From assembly GCA_950097015.1 (NCBI GenBank), contig CATNEN010000008.1, positions 3,348,001 to 3,412,000 of the forward strand: a stretch of DNA of 64,000 nt, read 5' to 3'. Position numbers and translations under genes: made by a program. Within the stretch, counting starts at the first letter, position 1. Each line of letters begins with the position of its first letter. The notes beneath the pieces are model-generated. The model had not been told where the DNA came from, did no database searches, and saw only the letters and a program-made list of their open reading frames with translations. The DNA comes from Macrostomum hystrix. Taxonomy: Eukaryota > Animalia > Platyhelminthes. Shown in pieces: positions 12,988 to 25,900 of the stretch.

Positions 12988-13513
12988 CCCTGAACATTCA
13001 GTTAGGCCCTGAACATTCAGTTAGGCCCTGAACATTCAGTTAGGCCCTGAACATTCAGTTAGGCCCTGAACATTCAGTTAGGCCCTGAACATTCAGTTAG
13101 GCCCTGAACATTCAGTTAGGCCCTGAACATTCAGTTAGGCCCTGAACATTCAGTTAGGCCCTGAACATTCAGTTAGGCCCTGAACATTCAGTTAGGCCCT
13201 GAACATTCAGTTAGGCCCTGAACATTCAGTTAGGCCCTGAACATTCAGTTAGGCCCTGAACATTCAGTTAGGCCCTGAACATTCAGTTAGGCCCTGAACA
13301 TTCAGTTAGGCCCTGAACATTCAGTTAGGCCCTGAACATTCAGTTAGGCCCTGAACATTCAGTTAGGCCCTGAACATTCAGTTAGGCCCTGAACATTCAG
13401 TTAGGCCCTGAACATTCAGTTAGGCCCTGAACATTCAGTTAGGCCCTGAACATTCAGTTAGGCCCTGAACATTCAGTTAGGCCCTGAACATTCAGTTAGG
13501 CCCTGAACATTCA
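12988..13513 (+). repeat. Invariant 19-bp minisatellite CCCTGAACATTCAGTTAGG (about 27.7 copies)
   Basis: No variant copy seen; no spacers, so not CRISPR. Confidence 0.97.
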
Positions 13514-14048
13514 TGAAAAAATAATGATTTCACGCGCCCTGCAGACAAATATATAGATAAAAAATATAAAACTTATAACTTTATAATGACAATTATTCAT
13601 TTTTAATTTCTTCCAAGCCTTCATTTCAGCAAAGGCCCTACAAAAAATATTTCCAGATTTTATATAATATTCTGCTTCTGCAAGCAAAACTTTTAGATAA
13701 ATATTCCCAATTCTGGCCCGGGTGCCTGCAGAGCGTGAAGTTAATTAAAGCGGACGGTGACTATGGCCCCAAGGAAATGCAACTGACTGCTTTTTAAAGA
13801 CAAAGGAAGCCTAATTTTCTTTTGCCGTGTTCGCTAAACTCCACGAGCGTTACCTTGTGCCCACAATACGAGTGGTGGAAAAATCTATTTGCTTTAGCCG
13901 AAGCCGTGGAATCTCTTATTAAATCTGTCCAATCCGTGTCCTAGCTATTCGGCCTACGAATTCGGGTTGCTGACTGCGGCGAACAGCTGCTCCGGCTGCG
14001 GCCGCTTACAGCACCGGAACAGGAGCCGACTGTGTTCCAGTTAATTTG

Positions 14049-14057
14049 GACCACCCA
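14049..14057 (+). promoter_or_regulatory. Perfect Gli/Ci consensus site GACCACCCA upstream of patched
   Basis: Exact 9-mer match about 5.3 kb upstream of the ptc ATG, in the region shared with the divergent Ig gene. Confidence 0.5.
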
Positions 14058-14079
14058 ATCAGCTGGGACCAGCACCCAT

Positions 14080-14080
<1 letters not shown>

Positions 14081-14122
<42 letters not shown>

Positions 14123-14129
14123 CGAGTAT

Positions 14130-14226
<97 letters not shown>

Positions 14227-14258
14227 GATCTATCTATCTATCTATATATCTATCTATC
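14081..14258 (+). repeat. (TATC)n microsatellite
   Basis: Direct inspection. Confidence 0.95.
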
Positions 14259-14610
14259 TCCTAAGGTTTCAGCTGGAGTCAAAGTCTCTAAGTCGATCGC
14301 TGGCAGCTGTCTGCGGTGTCGCTGATGACAATCCGTCACTGACCGCTGTCACCCACGCCACGTGGCAATTCCAAAGAAGATGAGAAAGGCAGGCAGCTGC
14401 GACATTTTTTGGCGTGACCCGGACTGCAATGGCTGACCAGATCCTAATCTCCCACGGCACCCACCGCTGTCTCTATCTCTCTCTTTTGTCAAAGCTCTCT
14501 TTCTTCTCTTGTGCGCTATTTCTGTCTTTCCTTCTTTCAGTAATCTCTAACACGTGGCACTGGCTGAGTCAGTTTTATTAGTTCAATTTTTCCTTTTTCT
14601 CCCAAAAGAC

Positions 14611-15693
14611 GGAGGCAGCGGAGATGTTGGAGGCAGCGGAGATGTTGGAGGCAGCGGAGATGTTGGAGGTAGCGGAGATGTTGGAGTTAGCGGAGATGAC
14701 ATCCAACAGCGGAGATGTTGGATGCAGCGGAGATGTTGGAGGCAGCGGAGATGTTGGAGGCAGCGGAGATGTTGGAGGCAGCGGAGATGACGGAGGTAGC
14801 GGAGATGACGGAGGCAGCGGAGATGACAGAAGCAGCTATGCCAGTGTTCCCAGCAAAACCTAGGGATTAAGTGTCAGTGTTTACCAGAAGACGTCGCTGA
14901 CATGCAGTGAAAGTGTGGACTGAGCAAAGCTGAGTAGAAATATTTTTTCCGCAACCTCCAAAAAATCGTCAATATCCATGCGCATATCCGCATATCCGCA
15001 TATCCGCATATCCGCATATCCGCATATCCGCATATCCATGCGGAGATGTTGGAGGCAGCGGAGATGTTGGAGGCAGCGGAGATGTTGGAGGTAGCGGAGA
15101 TGTTGGAGTTAGCGGAGATGACGGAGGCAGCGGAGATGTTGGAGGCAGCGGAGATGTTGGAGGCAGCGGAGATGTTGGAGGCAGCGGAGATGTTGGAGGC
15201 AGCGGAGATGTTGGAGGCAGCGGAGATGTTGGAGGCAGCGGAGATGTTGGAGGCAGCGGAGATGTTGGAGGCAGCGGAGATGTTGGAGGCAGCGGAGATG
15301 TTGGAGGCAGCGGAGATGTTGGAGGCAGCGGAGATGTTGGAGGCAGCGGAGATGACGGAGGCAGCGGAGATGTTGGAGGCAGCGGAGATGTTGGAGGCAG
15401 CGGAGATGTTGGAGGCAGCGGAGATGACGGAGGTAGCGGAGATGACGGAGGCAGCGGAGATGGCGGAGGCAGCGGAGATGACGGAGTCAGCGGAGATGTT
15501 GGAGGCAGCGGAGATGACGGAGTCAGCGGAGATGACAGAAGCAGCTATGCCAGTGTTCCCAGCAAAGCCTAGGGATTAAGTGTCAGTGTTTACCAGAAGA
15601 CGTCGCTGACATGCAGTGAAAGTGTGGACTGAGCAAAGCTGAGTAGAAATATTTTTTCCGCAACCTCCAAAAAATCGTCAATATCCATGCGCA
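14611..15693 (+). repeat. 18-bp minisatellite GCGGAGATGTTGGAGGCA within a tandem duplication that repeats a 157-bp unique segment
   Basis: Unique segment at 14828-14984 and 15537-15693. Confidence 0.92.
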
Positions 15694-16524
15694 GCTTTGT
15701 CTTCCATTGTTCTGTCCCTTATTTCTAGGTCTTTTGTTTGCTTTTGTTGGCAAACACTTCAACATAATATTAGGGACCCAGTGAGACGTGGCCCTCACGC
15801 ACCAGAGGGGACAAATATCCCCTCCCGCTGAGCAAATGGGATAAACTTCGCTTCATTTTCCAATGGGAAGCAGAATTTCACGCGTGACTTTCAGTCCTTC
15901 CATGGTTTGCCCAAAGCTTACTCAAATTTTCCCAATTCCTCTTGTCTGTTTGAGCACTAAAAAACTAAAATTATTATTACCTGCAGATTCAAGCAATAGT
16001 AACTAATTGCTAAACATTTTGATAAGCTTCTGGGGTGGAATTGAAATTAAAAGGGCTCGTTGCAAAGTGCGCGCACTAAAACCCACCCCAGCCTATCAAT
16101 CATCCATTGAATTCTTGTCAAGAAACAACAGTTTTTTCCTTTCTGAAAGCGAGCTTTTAAGTCGCACTTTCTGTTTAGTTTATTAGCACAGAAAGTTCTG
16201 TTGGCAGTTCTGTTCTGTAACTAGCAACAATAACTGACTAACTCCAACGTTGTCCCATTAAAAACATTCCGACAGGTACAAGACGCCATGTTCAGCTGTC
16301 TGATTGCAGTTTAACAACTGACGCAGCGACAGCGGTACCTGCAGCCCCTAACAGCCATGCGGCAAGCCGCCTGTCTTTTACACATTGCGGCTCACTGAAG
16401 GTCCTCACTGAAGCTATTGATCCATGCAGTATTTTTGTTGCCAAGCCTCTACTCTTAGGCCTTATCCCGATCACCAATGATACCCCGCATCCTCTAATTC
16501 TTACCGCTTGTTTTCTTCCTCCTC

Positions 16525-17400
16525 AGAATCCCAAACTTCCCATCAGAATCCCAAACTTCCCATCAGAATCCCTAACTTCCCATCAGAATCCCAAACTTCC
16601 CATCATAATCCCTCAACATCCCATCAAAATCCCTAACTTCCCTTCTGAATCCCTCAACATCCCATCAGAATCCCTAACTTCCCATCAGAATCCCTAACTT
16701 CCCATCAGAATCCCTCAACTTCTCCTTCAGAATCCCTCAACATCTCATCAGAATCCCTTAACTTCTCCTTCAGAATCCCTCAACATCTCATCAGAATCCC
16801 TTAACTTCTCCTTCAGAATCCCTCAACATCTCATCAGAATCCCTTAACTTCTCCTTCAGAATCCCTCAACATCTCATCAGAATCCCTTAACTTCTCCTTC
16901 AGAATCCCTCAACATCTCATCAGAATCCCTAACTTCCCTTCTGAATCCCTCAACATCCCATCAGAATCCCAAACTTCCCATCAGAATCCCTAACTTCCCA
17001 TCAGAATCCCTCAACTTCCCAGCAGAATCCCTCAACATCCCATCAGAATCCCTCAACATCTCATTAGAATCCCTCAACTTCCCATCAGAATCCCTAACTT
17101 CCCATCAGAATCCCTCAACTTCTCCTTCAGAATCCCTCAACATCTCATCAGAATCCCTCAACATCTCATCAGAATCCCTCAACATCCCATCAGAATCCCT
17201 AACTTCCCATCAGAATCCCTCAACTTCCCAGCAGAATCCCTCAACATCCCATCAGAATCCCTCAACATCTCATTAGAATCCCTCAACTTCCCATCAGAAT
17301 CCTTCAACATCCCATCAGAATCCCTCAAATTCCCCTTCCGAATCCCTAAACTTCCCTTCGAATCCACTAACTTCCCAGTTGAATCCCTTGACTTCCCATA
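16525..17400 (+). repeat. About 20-21-bp minisatellite CATCAGAATCCCT(C)AACTTCC
   Basis: Direct inspection. Confidence 0.92.
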
Positions 17401-18199
17401 AAGTGAGGAAGCCAGTATTCAAGAGCTCAGCTGAAGCAGCAGATTGAAAGTTAATCATAGCCTTTTGAAGCATTCATTGCGCGACAAAAAAAGTTGTTTG
17501 CGGCACAAAAAAACCCAGCCGACAATGCAGAAGAGAGTCCGCGTGTCAATTGATTGCGTCATCGCGGCGAAGGGGAGAGGGGGGAGAGGGAGAGAGGAAA
17601 GCAATTCTCATTCCGTGCGGGAATTACGCAACAGAGGCAATATGGGTTACAGCCAGTGACAGGCAGATGGGCCCCTCTGTCACTGTCAAAGGATCTGCCT
17701 CTCGCACAATCACTTATGCCACGCGTGCAAAACCTTGCCAGCCTCCTAAAAGAAGAAATGCCTAAAGTTGGTGACACCGAAAAGAAAATTACGGGAATGT
17801 CACGGCACAGTATTAGATTTTTAGAGTTCCAAGTGTGTCTCCGCGATGTTTTGTCGCCAAATTAGCGCGTAGGTCGACCTACTCACAGTAGTACGACCGA
17901 AATGCTTTAAATGATCATCAGCTCGCCTCCGAGCGTTTCTATTTGCTGATAACGCCCAGTCCAATGAGCGTACAGGTCTGGATTATGTCTAGGAAAAAAT
18001 ATACAAAACGAATGCTTTGCCTAACTTTTTCAAATGTTTAGTTAAACTGATTAAAAACAGATCCAAAAATTTTCCTTTACTACAAAAAAGTTGTACAAAA
18101 TTGGATTGACAAAATTGCCACAAATCCATGCCGTTATAGTACAAACTGCTCAGTGAGTCTGGTGAGTTTACATTGTCAAAGTTAACGATTAAAATTTAA

Positions 18200-19600
18200 T
18201 CCCGATTCCAAATCCTACAGATCCCGATTCCAAATCCTACTGATCCCGATTCCAAATCCTACAGATCTCGGTTCCAAATCCTACAGATCTCGGTTCCAAA
18301 TCCTACAGATCCCGATTCCAAATCCTACTGATCTCGGTTCCAAATCCTACAGATCCCGATTCCAAATCCTACAGATATCGGTTCCAAATCCTACAGATCC
18401 CGATTCCAAATCCTACTGATCCCGATTCCAAATCCTACAGATCCCGATTGCAAATCCTACAGATCCCGATTCCAAATCCTACAGATCCCGATTCCAAATC
18501 CTACAGACCCCGATTCCAAATCCTACAGATCCCGATTCCAAATCCTACTGATCCCGATTCCAAATCATACAGATCCCGATTGCAAATCCTACAGATCCCG
18601 ATTCCAAATCCTACAGACCCCGATTCCAAATCCTACAGATCCCGATTCCAAATCCCACAGATCCCGATTCCAAATCCTACAGATCCCGATTCCAAATCCT
18701 ACAGATCCCGATTCCAAATCCTACAGATCCCGATTGCAAATCCTACAGATCCCGATTGCAAATCCTACAGATCCCGATTCCAAATCCTACTGATCCCGAT
18801 TCCAAATCCTACAGATCCCGATTCCAAATCCTACAGATATCGGTTCCAAATCCTACAGATCCCGATTCCAAATCCTACTGATCCCGATTCCAAATCCTAC
18901 AGATCCCGATTGCAAATCCTACAGATCCCGATTCCAAATCCTACAGATCCCGATTCCAAATCCTACAGACCCCGATTCCAAATCCTACAGATCCCGATTC
19001 CAAATCCTACTGATCCCGATTCCAAATCCTACAGATCCCGATTGCAAATCCTACAGATCCCGATTCCAAATCCTACAGACCCCGATTCCAAATCCTACAG
19101 ATCCCGATTCCAAATCCCACAGATCCCGATTCCAAATCCTACAGATCCCGATTCCAAATCCTACAGATCCCGATTCCAAATCCTACAGATCCCGATTGCA
19201 AATCCTACAGATCCCGATTGCAAATCCTACAGATCCCGATTCCAAATCCTACTGATCCCGATTCCAAATCCTACAGATCCCGATTCCAAATCCTACACAT
19301 CTCGATTGCAAATCCTACAGATCCCGATTGCAAATCCTACAGATCCCGATTCCAAATCCTACAGATCCCGATTCCAAATCCTACAGATCTCGATTCTTAA
19401 TCCTACAGATCCCGATTCTAAATCCTACAGATCCCGATTCCAAATCCTACAGATCCCGATTCCAAATCCTACAGATCTCGATTCTTAATCCTACAGATCC
19501 CGATTCTAAATCCTACAGATCCCGATTCCAAATCCTACAGATCCCGATTCTAAATCCTACTGATCCCGATTCCAAATCCTACTGATCCCGATCCCTAATC
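18200..19600 (+). repeat. 22-bp minisatellite TTCCAAATCCTACAGATCCCGA
   Basis: Direct inspection. Confidence 0.95.
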
Positions 19601-19941
19601 GGGATTAATCCTTAACCCATTCCCGAATCATTCAGATCCTGATCCCAACTTACAGATCCCAAATCCTGAAATCTTTTTAATATGCATTTGAATCCGAAAA
19701 ACAAATCCATTGAATCTACATATCCAGATCCCAGATCCTATCGATCCTGATCCTGAATCCTTCAGATCCCGATTCCAAAACCCACAGATTTGTTAGATCT
19801 GTGCAGTTGCAAACAACCACAAACAATCCCATTACCAAAACTCACAGATCCAGTTTGCAAATCCAGTTTTCTTCCCTGTCAGAAAAAGTTATCCCAGAAG
19901 TTATCCAATCACCTGGCAGATCGATAGCCAGACCACGAACA

Positions 19942-22900
19942 ATGGCACTCGCGGCAGACAACTGGCTAATATTGCAACCAATATCCTTCCACCTGCTGAT
20001 TCGGCTGTTCGGAGTGACAATCTGTGCACTGCAGATCGGTGAGTGAGCCCGCTTTGGCTAACTAATTGAAGCAGCTGCGCACTGACATCAAATTCAGGAA
20101 CACGTTTCGCACCTCTGAGCACTGTGAGCACATTTGAGCACATCTGAGCACATTGGTCCCGTCTGCTAGATGCCTCCAATGAGAAGATCGCGAAGCAGCA
20201 GTGAAATTTGAGACTGTTTGAGCAGGCAAACCAGTTTTGACTCGGCAAACAATGAGAAACTGGGATGCAAAAGACAATACGTAAAATGGCAGGCAAATAG
20301 GAATACAAAACTCAAAAATGTTGCGAAGGAAAGCAAAGGCAATTTATGTCAGGTTTTTCAATCGCATTCTCAACACCAAAAATAAATTCTTTATTCTAAC
20401 TCCCTATGAAATTCTTCTCCCTATGGCTTCTCCCTATCCCCAAACAAAAACGATCCCATTTTCCAGCCCCTAAAGTCCTTTCTCCAGTCAACGGAAATCA
20501 CATTCGACAATTTCAACCCACCAGAATCCCATTCCCAACCAACTAAAATCCCATTCCCAACCCACTAGAATCCCATCCCCAACCCACCAGAATCCCATTC
20601 CCAACCTACCAGAATCCCATTCCCAACCCACCAGAATCCCATTCCCAACACACCAGAATCCCATTCCCAACCCACCAGAATCCCATTCCCAACCCACCAG
20701 AATCCCATTCCCAACCCACCAGAATCCCATTCCCAACCCACCAGAATCCCATTCCCAACCCACCAGAATCCCATTCCCAACCCACCAGAATCCCATTCCC
20801 AACCCACCAGAATCCCATTCCCAACCTACCAGAATCCCATTCCCAACCCACCAGAATCGCATTCCCAACCCACCAGAATCCCATTCCCAACCCACCAGAA
20901 TCCCATTCCCAACCTACCAGAATCCCATTCCCAACCCACCAGAATCGCATTCCCAACCCACCAGAATCGCATTCCCAACCCACCAGAATCCCATTCCCAA
21001 CACACCAGAATCCCATTCCCAACCCACCAGAATCCCATTCCCAACCCACCAGAATCGCATTCCCAACCCACCAGAATCCCATTCCCAACCCACTAGAATC
21101 CCATTCCCAACCTACCAGAATCCCATTCCCAACCCACCAGAATCGCATTCCCAACCCACCAGAATCGCATTCCCAACCCACCAGAATCCCATTCCCAACA
21201 CACCAGAATCCCATTCCCAACCCACCAGAATCCCATTCCCAACCCACCAGAATCCCATTCCCAACCCACCAGAATCCCATTCCCAACCCACTAGAATCCC
21301 ATTCCCAACCTACCAGAATCCCATTCCCAACCCACCAGAATCGCATTCCCAACCCACCAGAATCGCATTCCCAACCCACCAGAATCCCATTCCTAACCTA
21401 CCAGAATCCCATTCCCAACCCACCAGAATCCCATTCCCAACCCACCAGAATCCCATTCCCAAACAGAAGAATCCCATTCCCAACCCACCAGAATCCCATT
21501 CCCAAACAGAAGAATCCCATTCCCAACCCACCAGAATCCCATTCCCAAACAGAAGAATCCCATTCCCAACCCACCAGAATCCCATTCCCAAACAGAAGAA
21601 TCCCATTCCCAACCCACCAGAATCCCATTCCCAAACAGAAGAATCCCATTCCCAACCCACCAGAATCCCATTCCCAACCCACCAGAATCCCATCCCCCAA
21701 ATGTGCCTCATTCAGACTGCTATCGGCTCGCTTCGCAGGTCCATGGGATTATATCCCAGTTGGTGTTTGGTCATGCGTATCTCGATGCTTTGGGAGTGAG
21801 ATCTGCCTAGAAAAGTAAGGAAATTGAGTATGAAAGTGAGCAGGAAAGAAACGCAGGGAAAAATTGCAACACAAGAGGCTTTGCGAGCCATCGAAATTGG
21901 TCTCGCCAAGCAGCCCGGACTCAGCCCCTAACAGAATTACTCAAGCCTGTACAAAAATCCCGTCAAGTCCAGACGGGCACTCTGGCCTGCCTCCCTACTG
22001 AAGTTTCTAGTTATTTCTGAAAATTCTTCGAAAAGCAGCGCTTTGTGCGTAGGACCAAAGAGCTGAAGAAGCCAAGTGATGCTATTGTAGGTATTAGGCT
22101 TTTGATTGACACGGCCAGAACCCGAGATGTCAAGGTCCATCGGCAGATATATTACTGTACAGTCATTCGGTATTTTCTGCGGAGAAATCGACAGATAAGA
22201 ATGGGCTGCCATGCGGACACTGCCGCCTGAATATCGCGAACTTTGTCGCTTCAGTTTGGGAGACTTTTGAGAGGAATAAAGATAACTTTTCTTAAACTGG
22301 ATTACTAGCGATAGAATAGGATAGAATAGGATAGAATAGGATAGAATAGGATAGAATAGGATAGAATAGGATAGAATAGAATAGAATAGAATGGAATAGA
22401 ATAGAATAGAATTGAATAGAATAGAATAGAATAGAATAGAATAGAATAGAATAGAATAGAATAGAATAGAATAGAATAGATTAGAATAGAATAGAATAGA
22501 ATAGAATAGAATAGAATAGAATAGAATAGAATAGAATAGAATAGAATAGAATTGAATAAAATAAAATAGAATAGAATAGAACAGAAATATATGAAAGCAA
22601 GGCGAGGGAGCGAAGCAGAGAAGCAGACACTAGAAGCAGTTAGCAAATGGAACAGTCATTTGAGAATGAAATAAAAGTACTGATTTAGTCGTTGTCTTTG
22701 AAGTTATCCAGCAGAGCGCACTGAAAACTGAGGAAAATTTACCAACCGGGGGATTTCGCCAGCCAGTGAGAGATCACGCACTTATCATCCATTGCTGCCT
22801 GCAGCATCTCATATTGGCATCGTGTTGCCAAGCCAGAATCTGAGGATGAATCTGCAGCCAGAAATGCAGCCGAATGCAGCAGGTTGAAAGACAATTTAGC

Positions 22901-25900
22901 CACTATTGCGTATCAAGCTAGCATTTGTTTATAATGCAAAATGACAACACGAGGCCCAAGTTGATGGACAGCAGTGCAAGCGGATTACCGCTGTATCCCA
23001 CAGACATGCGCCCTGTAACCATGCCGCCTCATGATTATCCCACGATCCCCACCGAAGGGATAATTCAAAGTCCCGCGGAAAAAAAACAAGGGGAAAACTG
23101 TCTGGGGGGTGACTTGGCTTCCGGCTGAGGTTTCCCACGCGGGTGTGCGGTGAAAGCCTTGGTTATTAATCAAAGCCGGTACTTGCCCTGTCATTATCAG
23201 CCTCACCCGGTATGCCGGCTGATATTCTCCTTGGCTTTTGACTCTCCGAGCGGCGAAAGGGTTCCCACCGAATCCCCGCGGGAGTGGCGCGCACTCGAAT
23301 CTGCATCTCCATTACCCATCTCCGGCATTGGGGATTTGCAGCGGCTGAGCACAATGCCAACTGTTGCATTATTGATTTGAGCATAGAGGCTAAAAAATGG
23401 AGCCATTGCTCAAAATTTCAATGTGAGAAACAGGGCCAGATATGTGGAGAGAAAGTGGCTCAGGGCCGCGCTTGGGGATCTTGGGATGCGGGGTTGTGGG
23501 GGAAAAGGGTTATCAAATTTCTCCCGGCACTCGGGGGGCGGGTGAATGGGGAGAAATCTCCCATGCCAGCTCCGCCGGAGGTCTGGGCGAGGTCCTATTA
23601 AAAAAATAAAAAATGCATCACGCGAGGCACATGCTAAAAATGCTTTCCCCCCTATGTTCTAAGACGAGAGCCGTATACCTCACCTGCAGGTCCCGCTGGG
23701 ACATCTGCCGCGGAGTTGGGAATAAATTCCCCACCTCCGCCTCTATTTTTCACTTTTTTTAGTAGGAAAAATTCTGCCAAGAAAATCCCATATTGAAATA
23801 TCAATGAATCTGATCGGAAATCACTCATTAACTGCTGGGCTCACGGCGAAAGAAGTGGATTCAAAATCGCAACTGCTGATCGCAATCGCATGGAGCTAAC
23901 AGCTTCTCAGTTCAACCAGCATCTGACACCCCTGATTCATTCCGTCTGACACCCCTGATTCACTCCATCTGACACCCCTGATTCATTCCATCTGACACCC
24001 CTGATTCACTCCATCTGACACTCCTGATTCATTCCATCTGACACCCCTGATTCATTCCATCTGACACCCCTGATTCATTCCATCTGACACCCCTGATTCA
24101 CTCCATCTGACACCCCTGATTCATTCCTTCTAAAACACCTGATTCATTCTGTCTGACACCCCGACTCGACACCTCATCCTGACTGACACCCTGTGTTGAC
24201 ACCTCATTCTATCTGACACCCTGCAGTGTAGGCACCTTATTCTGTCTGGCACCCTGCACCGTTGACACCTCATTCAGTCTGACATCCTGCACTGTTGACA
24301 ACTCATTCAGTCTGACACCCTGCAGTGTAGGCACCTCATTCTGTCTGACACCCTGCAGTGTAGGCACCTCATTCTGTCTGACACCCTGCAGTGTAGGCAC
24401 CTCATTCTGTCTGACACCCTGCAGTGTAGGCACCTCATTCTGTCTGACACCCTGCAGTGTAGGCACCTCATTCTGTCTGACACCCTGCAGTGTAGGCACC
24501 TCATTCTGTCTGAAATCGTGTTGACACCTTCATTTTTGGACACCCCGAGTTGAAACCTCGTCCAATTTTTCGCCCTGTGTTGATTTCTGATTCCAATTGA
24601 CTACCGCTTTTGACACCCCAGCTGACACCTCATCTTACCGGACAACGCCTGATTTATCCTGTCTGACACCCTCTGTTGACACCCCATTATATCTGGCACC
24701 TCTACTGTCAGGAGGGTAGGAAAAATTTGAAAAAATATCCCAATTTTGGGCAGAGCGGTCTACAGCTGATCCCACGCGGCTGTGACGGCGTCATCTCCGA
24801 CTGTCAATGGGTCCGGTTTTGATGACGGCCGACAGGATGAGGACTGGGGCGGAGGGGAGCAGGACTGGCTCTCATGGAGTGGTCTGCAGCCCCGATAAAT
24901 CCCATCAGATGTCATTGTTGGGCCAATTAGATCAGTGGGAGAACGGGGAGCGAGGGGCAAACTGTCGGTGTGTGTTCCTCCATCCCCTAAACCCTGAGGG
25001 GGGATTAAATCCTCAATTCACCGGTCCAGACGGCGGCACTCGATTCCCGGAGTGGCCGGGATAAAGTGGCCATTGGCCAATTAGGCAATGGAAAAGGAGC
25101 GCCGATGACTGAAGTGAAGTGGATTTCTTAAAGACCCGGATTAGGGACTGCTCGACTAGCGGAACTGGGGTAGGGCTATGGACCCTGGCTGGAGTTTAGC
25201 CGCTGCCAGCTTTCTGCTGCCAGACTCGGCTGGGCCGCACAACATCTGGTGGGCATGCAGAAGATCAGCCTCCCTCATCCCCTTCTCCTAATTTTCATTT
25301 GCTCTCTTTATATGTCAAGGCATTCATTCCAGGTCAGCTGTTTGGCGACGGCAATAAAATCCTTTATCTACGATTTCTTGAACCTGCCACCTCCTCTAGT
25401 ATCTAGCAATGTCTACTAGTATCTAGCAATGTCTACTAGTATCTAGCAATGTCTCCTAGTATCTAGCAATGTCTCCTAGTATCTAGCAATGTCTCCTAGT
25501 ATCTAGCAATGTCTCCTAGTATCTAGCAATGTCTCCTAGTATCTAGCAATGTCTCCTAGTAATCTAGCAATGTCTCCTAGTATCTAGCAATGTCTCCTAG
25601 TATCTAGCAATGTCTCCTAGTATCTAGCAATGTCTCCTAGTAATCTAGCAATGTCTCCTAGTATCTAGCAATGTCTCCTAGTGTCTGACAATGTCTAGTC
25701 TCCAAATGTCTCTAAGCAACGCCCAGTGTCGCAAGCGATGCCATACTGAACTTCGCCTCGATAAAGCCCACTTCCCCATCTGTTTGTGTCGTGAACTCCC
25801 AATCAGATTCTGGGGAACGGAATGCCTGTGCCCCCAGCCCCCTGCTGACAGCTGGGAAGGGGAAACAATAGGTGCGTCAATTAAAATCCTCACCCTCCTG

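Noticed and set aside
12988-13513. CRISPR-like appearance of regular short repeats
   Set aside because: Units are directly adjacent with no spacers, there are no cas genes, and the context is eukaryotic.
13528-13744. Possible piggyBac right end or small MITE (TTCACGC..CTGCAG inverted pair, TTAA at 13741)
   Set aside because: No matching terminal repeat at a left TTAA; similarity is too short.
21700-22300. Nearly open frames and a hydrophobic minus-strand ORF (21712-21909)
   Set aside because: The hydrophobicity comes from a pyrimidine tract; no recognisable domain.
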